A DNA stretch of 18,241 bases from an uncultured Nitrososphaeraceae archaeon (GTDB lineage: Archaea; Thermoproteota; Nitrososphaeria; Nitrososphaerales; Nitrososphaeraceae), in assembly GCA_963837175.1 (NCBI GenBank), contig CAWIMJ010000019.1:1-18241 (forward strand), in the 5' to 3' direction. The notes beneath the pieces were generated by a model. That model was not told where the DNA came from. It made no database searches and worked only from the letters and a program-made list of their open reading frames with translations. A program made the position numbers and the translations under genes. Position 1 is the stretch's first letter. The number at the start of each line of letters is the position of its first letter. Positions 9,908 to 18,241 of the stretch are shown piece after piece.

Positions 9908-10062
9908 GGCTCTGTTCACTTAATTTTTCCTTTAATAAGCATTCTATATGCATATAAACAAACTGATTCATCATCCAATTGCTAACATGATGTTCTAGTT
10001 TACAGTTATCTCTTTTTCTACATGGAAAATAATAATCATCAAAACATTCTGTTCTATCTATA
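9908..10062 (-). mobile_element. IS6 3' fragment with terminal inverted repeat (inverted copy of 1896-2050)
   Basis: GGCTCTGTTCACTTAA at 9908, and the translation is the same as for 1896-2050. Confidence 0.85.
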
Positions 10063-10349
10063 AAGTTGTATAGACATACCTGATGCATTTGCTGCACCCT
10101 GTAATTTCTCATCAAAACTTTCTAATTCGGTCATAAGATCATCATCATCATCTTTATTATCACTATATATACTGCCGGTCAGGAAGTCTTGTTACCCATC
10201 ATCATCATTTCCATGGTGCTTTGAGGAATCATTACTACTATAGCACTTTAATCAACTGCTTTTTCTCTGCATGTTTGATTAGCTGCTTTTGCTGCTGCTG
10301 CATCTAAACCTGGTATAGTAGTAGTTGGTGGTGGTGGTAGTAGTAGCGG

Positions 10350-10976
10350 TTATGATACTGTAGAAACCACAGAGACTGTGTTTGAACGAACATTGGTCAC
10401 ATATGCCCAGCCATTAGTTGGGTTAATTGCAACTCCAAATGGACCATCACCAACAGCTATAGTAGCAACTACTGTGTTAGTTCTAGGATATATTACAGAG
10501 ACTGTGTTTGAATTAGAATTGGCCACATATACCAAGCCATTAGTTGGGTTAATAGCAACTCCATATGGACTTACACCAACAGGTATAGTAGCAACTACTG
10601 TGTTAGTTCTAGGATATATTACAGAGACTGTGTTTGAATTAGAATTGGCCACATATACCAAGCCATTAGTTGGGTTAATAGCAACTCCATATGGACTTAC
10701 ACCAACAGGTATAGTAGCAACTACTGTGTTAGTTGCAGAATTTATTACAACGATTAGGTTTTCCTCAGCATTGGTCACATATACCAAGCCATTAGTTGGA
10801 TTAACAGCAACTCCATATGAATCACCACCAACAGGTAGAGTAGCAATTACAGAATATTTCTGTGCATTAGCTGTACCTATTTCTGAAGAAAATACTATAG
10901 AAATCAGGAGTGTCATAGTCAGAAGTGAAAACAATATAAGAGAAATGGTCGTTTTCATGGGGGTTTCATTACTCAT
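10350..10976 (-). CDS. Secreted YVTN/YncE beta-propeller repeat protein (4 repeats)
   Basis: Signal peptide plus four 42-aa YVTN repeats. Repeats 2 and 3 are identical 126-bp units. Confidence 0.9.
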   Translation of the reverse strand: MSNETPMKTTISLILFSLLTMTLLISIVFSSEIGTANAQKYSVIATLPVGGDSYGVAVNPTNGLVYVTNAEENLIVVINSATNTVVATIPVGVSPYGVAINPTNGLVYVANSNSNTVSVIYPRTNTVVATIPVGVSPYGVAINPTNGLVYVANSNSNTVSVIYPRTNTVVATIAVGDGPFGVAINPTNGWAYVTNVRSNTVSVVSTVS

Positions 10977-11241
10977 TATAAATCATCTTGTTACAGCAGC
11001 AGCAATTGCTAAATTCTAGCATTTAAGACAAGGATATGATATATATATTATTTATAGTTTTATGATATGTTTTCTGGGAATCCATTTTATCGATGATTAT
11101 TAGTAGTAAGGAATATTACACAACAATTTATGAAGTTCCCTGCTATCTCCACCGTTTTAATAGCCTGTCTTTACTATATCAAGAGCAAAACTAGTATACG
11201 TAAACTATATTATGATATCTATACAGCAGCGTGCTTAAAAA

Positions 11242-12064
11242 TTGAGATATAATATAATAAAACCTCTAAGCTCAGGTGCATTTGGAACAGTATATGGAGC
11301 AATAGGAGAAGATAACAACAAATACGCATTAAAAGAGTTGAAGAACTTTAATACAACTAACAAGGAACGTTTTGAAAGAGAAATCAAAATACTATCACAA
11401 CTAAATCATCCCAATATTGTTAAAATAATTCAATGGAATATAGGAGGTGATCCTCCAAATTTCATTCCTTACTATGTAATGGAATATCTCAGCGGCGGTC
11501 CTCTTAGACAACATATGGATGAAAAGTTTAGCCAAAGGTATGTTTTTGAGAGAAAGTGGACAATTAACCGAATAATCTTACCTTTATGTAATGCTCTAGC
11601 ACAAGCCCATAGTGAGAATATTTACCATAGGGATCTAAAACCAGATAATATTATGTATACAACCCGTGACAGATCTGAAATAAAAATTACTGATTGGGGT
11701 CTTGGCAAAGATGTCAACAGAGAATCAATAGCTCTAACTGGCAGCAGTAGGAGAACTTGGAGGAACACCAGGCTACTGTGCGCCAGAGCAATGGTTTACC
11801 CTAGATAACATTGATGGACGTGTCGATATCTTTTCCTTAGGAATAATATTTTATGAAATGATGACAGGAAAGAGGCCTGTAGTTTTTGATGAAAATGACA
11901 TTATGAAGAAGAGGCGAATTGATTCTCCGTCAAAATATCATCCAACGATCTCTGGAAAACTAGACCGCTGCATTTTGAAGATGATTGATCTTCAACCTGA
12001 AAATAGATATCAGTCTGTGTGGGATCTAATTTCTGAAATTGAAATTTTACCAGATTATCATTGA
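11242..12064 (+). pseudogene. Hanks-type Ser/Thr protein kinase with one frameshift (~11740)
   Basis: GAFGTVY, ALKEL, HPNIV, YHRDLKPDNI and DWGLGK, then in the shifted frame GGTPGYCAPEQW, DIFSLGIIFYEMMTGKRP and PENRYQS. Confidence 0.9.
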
Positions 12065-12119
12065 TGATGACGATAGCATTGGCTACATTAGAAACTTTAG
12101 ATTTAATTATTTGATCGAG

Positions 12120-12417
12120 AATCTTATTAGAAATAGGATCATACATTTCCACAGTGGTGGTACTTTGACCAGTTTTGTCAAATCCGGCAATAATGTAGAC
12201 CTTTCCATTCAAAGCAGCATCACCAATTTCCGATCTTGAAGTAGGTAGAGGTGCTCCAGTAGTCCAAGGGATAGGGTATTATTGTTGTCAGGCCGATTTT
12301 CTTCTTGTACATATGCATCGATATCTGTGTAAGTTATTGTAGTTAATAGAGAAAGGTAAAAAAACCCATTACACCAAAAATGATGAAGAAAGTTTTAAGA
12401 ATTTCCTTTGACTTCAT
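12120..12417 (-). pseudogene. Truncated secreted Kelch-repeat protein
   Basis: Signal-like N-terminus from ATG 12417, then (frameshifted) WTTGAPLPTSRSEIGDAALNGKVYIIAGFDKTGQSTTTVEMYDPISNK. Similarity stops after one repeat. Confidence 0.75.
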
Positions 12418-12532
12418 ATAAAAGACCTCATTGCTATTAGTATACCATTTCTTTGCACTTTAGAAACATCCTCATGGTATGTATTGGTAAGAGTTTTGTT
12501 CTTGCTACCTACTCTATCTCCTTATTACAAAA

Positions 12533-13444
12533 CTAGACATATTTTCCTAGAAAAGCCAAAGTCTTCTTCCAGGCATCCGCTGTCTCTTGTGGTGCATAGT
12601 TATCATTAGAAGGATTTGCAAATGCGTGGCCTACTCCTGGATATATGTAAATTTCATTTATAACCCCTGTTTCATTAAGACCCCGTTCAAATGCTTTTAC
12701 TGAATCTACAGATATTGATTGATCCTGGTCTCCAAATACACCAAGTACTGGCCATTTAATTTTGGAAATTTCATTTGTATCATTTATCACTTGACCATAA
12801 TATATTATAGTAGCAGCTAAAGGATGTTCTTCACTATTCAATGCTAATTGTAAAGATTGTCCTCCTCCAAAGCACCACCCTATAGAGGCTATCCTAGAAG
12901 CATTAACGTTTTGAAGAGAGCCAAGGTAATCAACTGCAGACTTCATATTTTCAATAGCAATACCAGGATTATTTCTTACAGATGAAGATAACTCTCTAGC
13001 CCGATTGGGATCGGCAGTTACCTGTCCTTGGAATAGATCAACAGCTAATACAACATAGCCTTGTTTAGCCAATATATCTGCTGTATTTTTAATATTATCA
13101 TTTAGTCCTCTGTTTTCATGAATCATGATGACTGCAGGAAGTTTCTCTGGTGCTACTGTTATATTATCAGGTAAATTCGATACAGGATAAACAAGGTATC
13201 CTGAGGCATTCTCATAGTAAGCAACTGTTTCATTTTGTATAGTGTGTTTGGCAGTACTGCTGCTATTAATATAATTGTTAGTAACAGTTGATATTGTTGT
13301 TACTGCAGCCGAGAAAAATGCTCTCTTATGTTCTTCTTGTGCTCCTGCTTTTTCAATAAACGGTATATAAAATGATAATATATTTAGGATCATTGCAGAT
13401 AGTATTAGTCCAGACACTATGTGGATTCTGTTTCCTTTAACCAT
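12533..13444 (-). CDS. Dienelactone hydrolase family protein with N-terminal signal/anchor
   Basis: PAVIMIHE, nucleophile motif GWCFGG, acid GDQD and His motif GHAFAN. Confidence 0.92.
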   Translation of the reverse strand: MVKGNRIHIVSGLILSAMILNILSFYIPFIEKAGAQEEHKRAFFSAAVTTISTVTNNYINSSSTAKHTIQNETVAYYENASGYLVYPVSNLPDNITVAPEKLPAVIMIHENRGLNDNIKNTADILAKQGYVVLAVDLFQGQVTADPNRARELSSSVRNNPGIAIENMKSAVDYLGSLQNVNASRIASIGWCFGGGQSLQLALNSEEHPLAATIIYYGQVINDTNEISKIKWPVLGVFGDQDQSISVDSVKAFERGLNETGVINEIYIYPGVGHAFANPSNDNYAPQETADAWKKTLAFLGKYV

Positions 13445-13675
13445 TGTAAACTACCTTACTAATCTGTATTATTAAATTGTACTTCTACTATGTGTTATAT
13501 AGCTATACAGTACTAGGAATATTACGTATTTCCAGCCAACAAAATAGATACTGGATATTATAATCCAGAAAGCGTAAACAGACTAATTCTTTATGGTTCA
13601 CATAATGGTGGTAAAGAACTAATACCCCATCTCCAGCACTTATTAATAATCTTAAAAGTGTATAATAACACAAGA

Positions 13676-14128
13676 ATGAAAGGAGAAGAAGAAAATGAGA
13701 CTGTAATAGAAGAAGTAAAGAAAATTAACAACCAGTTCTATCATGCATTTGAGAATCTATCCATTGAGATGATGGAAAGACTATGGAAGCATGTTGATAA
13801 TGCTGTTTGTATACATCCAGGTTGGGATTTATTTATTGGCTGGTTGGCAATACGCGAAAGTTGGATAACTATATTTCGCAATACAGAGATGATAAGATTT
13901 ACGATTACAAACACTAAGGTTAGAGTCTTCGGTGGCAACAACATTGCAGTAGTTGTATGCTTAGAAAATATAGAAACTTCACTCAATAGACAAGAACAAC
14001 CAATTGTTAAGATTGGCGTTGTTGCTACTAACATATTTGAGTACGATAAAAACCAATGGTTACTTATCCATCATCATGGTTCGTCTGTATCAAATTACAT
14101 TCCACCTAATATTTCGCCTCAATACTGA
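13676..14128 (+). CDS. SnoaL/NTF2-like domain protein
   Basis: NNQFYHAFE..MERLW..CIHPGW..GWLAIRESW..IF and ATNIFE..WLLIHHHGS. ATG 13676 is preferred over GTG 13658. Confidence 0.88.
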   Translation: MKGEEENETVIEEVKKINNQFYHAFENLSIEMMERLWKHVDNAVCIHPGWDLFIGWLAIRESWITIFRNTEMIRFTITNTKVRVFGGNNIAVVVCLENIETSLNRQEQPIVKIGVVATNIFEYDKNQWLLIHHHGSSVSNYIPPNISPQY

Positions 14129-14284
14129 GAAAAGATTATAGGATTGTAAGCATGTATTGAGTACGCGATTACATCCACAACAATTAATAATCAGTGGGCT
14201 ATCTATGTATTTCAGCAGCTTTTATAGAGCAAGAAAATAAAAGATATGTCATCAAAAAATAATAACATCAAAAACCCTCATACC

Positions 14285-15455
14285 ACTGCTGTTGCTAAGT
14301 TAAGTCTCTGATTTTCTATCAACTATTTTTTAACCGAATGACAGTTATTCTTGATAACTAAGATTTTAGCTCATTGATTTGCACTCATTATTCTGAAACC
14401 ACATCCGCTCAAGGTGTTTAATGTTCAGAAGAAGGAATTATTCGATTTCATCAAGAATACCAGAAACAAGGAAGAGTACAAACGTGCATTAGCTGTAAAG
14501 CAGAAGATTGAAGGTCTATCATATAGAACTATAGCCAAGAATATCGGAGTTAATTACAGGAATGTTTATCGAATAGTTGATGCCTACAGACAAGAAAGAA
14601 TTAATGGTACAACGAGTAAGAGAAACAATGCAGGTAGAATACCAAAGATATCATCTGAAAAGAATAAGCAGATGATCAAAGACATAGTAATAAACAAGTC
14701 TCCAAGTACATTTGGATATCTGAAGAACACTTGGAGTATCAGACTATTAGCCAAATATCTATCTAAAGAGTTAATGATGAATGTCAGTCCAATGCAAACC
14801 TGGAGGATAATTAATGAGCTTGGAATCAAATACAAGAGACCTAAACTTGCTCTTGAACACGAAGATGATTATGAAGAAAAGAAGAAGGTTGTAGACAATT
14901 ACAAGAAGGTATCTTCTGCACTTTTAAAAAATGGTTCTTTTAGGATTTGAAGATGAGACATGGCTATACTTACGACCATACATAACTAATACATATATGA
15001 TGAAAGGAGATCAACAAAATATATTCCATAATGGAGCGAACAAAAAGGTCAATGCATTCATAACATTGCTTTATCCATCGAACAAGGTTAAGTTCAAGAT
15101 AAGCAAATCCAGAACAAGCAATGATTTCATAGATCATCTTAAGAACGTAAAACGTTACGTGAAAAATAATAGAGTGAAGCGATTTATACTTGTAATAGAC
15201 AATGCATCATTTCATGTAAGTAGAAAAACTAAAGATTTTTTGGATAAACAAGCTCAGTGGCTTACTGTAATATTCTTACCAATACGATCACCAAATCTTA
15301 ATCCAGTTGAAACAAGAGTGAACAGGAACCTGAAGAAGGATATTTGTGCTAACCACAACTATCAAACAGAAGGGACTTTAATAGCTGCTGTAACAAAATA
15401 TCTTAAATCTATAGGTAGTTGGCAGAGATTATGATACTTGACTTACTACAGCAGT
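14285..15455 (+). mobile_element. IS630-family insertion sequence
   Basis: Imperfect terminal inverted repeats ACTGCTGTTGCTAAGTTAAGT and ACTTGACTTACTACAGCAGT enclose a two-ORF transposase. Confidence 0.82.
14414..15434 (+). CDS. IS630 transposase (HTH OrfA 14414-14950, DDE OrfB 14931-15434)
   Basis: HTH, GRIPK, WSIRLLA and LGIKYKRP in OrfA. FEDET, IDNASFH and SPNLNPVE in OrfB. The ORFs overlap at TTTTAAAAAA. Confidence 0.88.
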
Positions 15456-15513
15456 TAAAACTAAAATTAAAAAAGCCACTGTACAGAAGCAACAAGATCA
15501 GCAACTGCATCAG

Positions 15514-17153
15514 ATGCAACAGCAATTATCACTTCCTAAATTGCAGCGTAAAATTGAAGAAGTAACAGCTGATCTTCCAAATCAAGAAACTGTCAACAAA
15601 CTAACAGAGCTGCCCGCTGCCAATTCGCTGACCGTCTGCAGCTATTTAATTGCCATGAAGAAAGAGGTTAATTCATCAAAGAAGTACAGACAAACGAACA
15701 TCCAGACTCTCTGTTATTTATCCAGACATCATAAACATCAACTACGCTATGAAGACATGACTAGAGACGATGTAATCATGTACCTTAATAGTTTGATGAA
15801 ACCTGATAGTATAGAATCCTCAACATAAGTATGTAGGAACATATAACGTACGCCTGATCTATCTACAGAGATTCTTCAAATGGCTGTACTCCCCAAATAT
15901 CCCACAGAACCAAAGACCCATGCCAGCAGCAGTAATGCAAAACATTCCAAGACTAAGGCGTAAAGTGATCACTACAATCAAGCCTTCCGATCTGTGGACA
16001 GAGGAAGACGATGCTCTATTCTTGAAGTACTGCGATAGCAAAAGAGATAAGGCCTACCACATGATCGCTAGAGACTCATCATGTAGGCCCAGCGAGATTC
16101 TAGGACTAAGGATAAAAGATCTGGCCGTCATGCAGACTGTAGACAAGAAGCTGTATTACCAGATAACAGTAAATGGAAAGACTGGAACTAGAAACATCCC
16201 TCTGTTTACTGCTGTTCCCTATGTTAAGAACTGGCTAGACGATCACCCGATGGGTAAGAATCCAAACGCGTACCTGATTTCCACTTTGGACATTAGGCAC
16301 CATCTGACTAAGGGCAATCGCATGCTGTCCTCTTCAATGAACGCTATCTATAACAAGCACTACAAGACTGAAATCTTTAAAGACAGATTATTAAAAGACC
16401 CGATAGTACCGCCAGAAGATAAGATAAAGATTCGTGAGTTATTGAAAAAGCCATGGAATCCCTACATTAGAAGGCATAGCGCATTAACCCAGAAGGCTCA
16501 GAAACTGACAGCTCCCGTCTTGAAAGCAGCATGCAGGTTGGTCCCCTGGAAGCAAGATGGAAACTAAATATCTGCACTTTCTAGGCGCGGAGTCTAATGA
16601 CGCCATACTCTCTGAGATCTACGGCTTGGAGACTGCTGCCACTCTCAAGTCTAAGAAGCTGTCGCAGGCCATCGCTCCCAAGATCTGTACTAACTGCAAT
16701 GAGTCTAATATTCCTGATGCAAGATTCTGTAGCAAGTGCAGGATGGTATTAACGTATGATGCTTATCAAGAAACAATAGATGAACAGAAAAAGAAAGAAT
16801 CACGAGTAGAAGAATTAGAATTACAAGTCAAGAACCAGGCAGCAGCGCAGGCCGTTCATCAAAAATTATTAGAGACTATAGTAGGCATGCTTCAGAATGT
16901 CAATAGGCCAGAAATGCATGGTCAGAATAATGATCTGTTAAACATTCCAGAATTCAAGACGCTGACACATGAGCAAAAATTAGAAGGCCTGAAAGAAATT
17001 AGGGAAGAAACCCAAACCGCTATCAACGAAGTCCTAATTCCTGAAACTGCTAATCTCGTACATGGCTTATCAGAAAACAACAGAAAGAAGGTTAAAGACT
17101 CAGCAAAGAAAATGTTAGATGACAAAAGATGTAAGCAGGCCTTTGTTGAGTGA
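15514..17153 (+). CDS. Tyrosine recombinase/integrase with C-terminal zinc ribbon and coiled coil (three ORFs, two 1-bp frameshifts)
   Basis: SAM-like N-domain (LQRFFKWLY), catalytic R (CRPSE), K (GKTG), YIRRHS, QHAGW and Y (KYLHF), then CTNC..CSKC. Frameshifts at ~15815 and ~16525. Confidence 0.88.
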
Positions 17154-17227
17154 ATGAGTAAACAAGTAAGTTAGCAATCGTTAATAGTTCACTTTTTCAT
17201 ATTATATTATAGTGATCTAATAACAAC

Positions 17228-17734
17228 ATGCCCCAAGGCGATACAGTATATGATCAATTTTATCAGGCGGAACAGCAGAGAAAAGATAGGATAAAAACCT
17301 TCGGTACGTTGCGTTTAGCTGAGGATTATAGGAATGCTGCGGTTTGGTATACCGATAATATTTTGATACACAAAATCAATCAAGAAGACAATACTGAAAA
17401 TATTAGACAATGGCTTTCTGCAAACCTAAATATCAACACTAGAAATGAATCGGATCAAATAATCCGCTATATCGTTTTCAATCCCGATACAGATGTCATC
17501 CAACAGTACATTTCAGAAGCAAAGCAAATAGAATATAAAATTAAGCACAAGCAAACTGTGACAAGTGCTGCTAGGCTAGGGTTCAAAATGGCACACGCAA
17601 TTGAGGTTGAAAGACAGTTAGCAGAAGACAGAGAGCAGAAAGCAAAGAATACAAAAACAAAGATCCAGCATAGGTTATTATCTCAAGATAATAAGCTATC
17701 ACCGTCACCATACAAATTTTTAATTTTATTTTAA
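17228..17734 (+). CDS. Hypothetical protein downstream of the integrase
   Basis: 168-aa ATG ORF with helical composition. Its 3' end reads through palindrome site B. Confidence 0.7.
   Translation: MPQGDTVYDQFYQAEQQRKDRIKTFGTLRLAEDYRNAAVWYTDNILIHKINQEDNTENIRQWLSANLNINTRNESDQIIRYIVFNPDTDVIQQYISEAKQIEYKIKHKQTVTSAARLGFKMAHAIEVERQLAEDREQKAKNTKTKIQHRLLSQDNKLSPSPYKFLILF
17671..17698. repeat. 28-bp palindrome, site B (TAGGTTATTATCT-CA-AGATAATAAGCTA)
   Basis: Inverted copy of site A with one mismatch. Confidence 0.9.
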
Positions 17735-17900
17735 TAAAGTAAAATAAAGTAAGTAGACAAATAGAAAAGACTTCTCCATCCCTGAAAGCACTTTTTCTAT
17801 TCTTATTATTCGCTTTTCCCTTCCTTCCCCTTCTTCATTCTTAGTTAGCTTCTTGTTTGCTTACTTGTCTGTTTGCTCGCCCGCTTATTTGCTTCCTTCA
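17735..17900. repeat. Purine-rich then pyrimidine-rich tract with 4-nt periodicity
   Basis: AAAGTAAGTAGACAAATAGAAAAGA followed by TTAGTTAGCTTCTTGTTTGCTTACTTGTCTGTTTGCTCGCCCGCTTATTTGCTT. Confidence 0.7.
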
Positions 17901-17972
17901 CATGTTCTAAGCGTTTGATAAGGTAGATGTCCGTATGAAACTATATTATTTAAAAATTAAGTTGGATTATTC

Positions 17973-18241
17973 GGCTCTGTTTACTTAAGCCATCATCTTC
18001 GTATTATGATAATCAACGAAAAAATTGAACCAATTTCTGATATGTTGTAGTTTACATTTATTTTTCTTTTCTACTACAAGGAAAGTAGTCATGATCAAAG
18101 CTTTCGGTTCTATCCTTTTGATGTCCTCTGTATGGTTCTTTCAATCATGCTTTTCTCATAGGAGGAATGCAGATGATGATGATTATTCAGGAATTTACAA
18201 GCCTGAGGATACCATGTACCTCCATCGATTGAAACTGGATG
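17973..18241 (-). mobile_element. IS6-family copy, cut by the window end (direct repeat of 4-~295)
   Basis: 17973-18164 is identical to 4-195. Beyond that it is homologous but diverged. Confidence 0.92.

Larger units (their letters stand above)
9908..11078 (-). repeat. Copy 2 of the long inverted duplication
   Basis: Reverse-complement match to 706-2050. Confidence 0.92.

Noticed and set aside
10378-11019. 213-aa plus-strand ORF
   Set aside because: Antisense shadow of the repetitive YVTN gene.
700-17980. Target-site duplications around the IS6, IS4/5-clan and IS630 ends
   Set aside because: I found no convincing matching direct repeats among the visible flanks.

Overview
This is an AT-rich accessory region that most resembles a soil ammonia-oxidising archaeon (Nitrososphaeraceae-like). 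That assignment is inferred from the gene families present, not proven. Mobile DNA includes IS6-family copies at both window ends (4-707 and 17973-end), two IS6 3' fragments, an IS4/IS5-clan element (2956-4250), an IS630 element (14285-15455) and a split tyrosine recombinase with a C-terminal zinc ribbon (15514-17153). Cargo includes two inverted YVTN beta-propeller cassettes, a double Lrp/AsnC regulator, a dienelactone hydrolase, a SnoaL protein, a frameshifted Ser/Thr kinase, and fragments of caspase, Kelch, PQQ sugar dehydrogenase and DyP genes. The main unexplained signal is a ~290-bp non-coding module present twice (2109-2398 and 17671-17961). Each copy has a 28-bp palindrome, a purine tract then a pyrimidine tract with 4-nt periodicity, and a conserved 20-mer about 270 bp downstream. 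The palindrome cores are flipped relative to each other (TG vs CA), and the two sites bracket the recombinase. They are candidate recombination, resolution or origin sites of an undescribed archaeal element.
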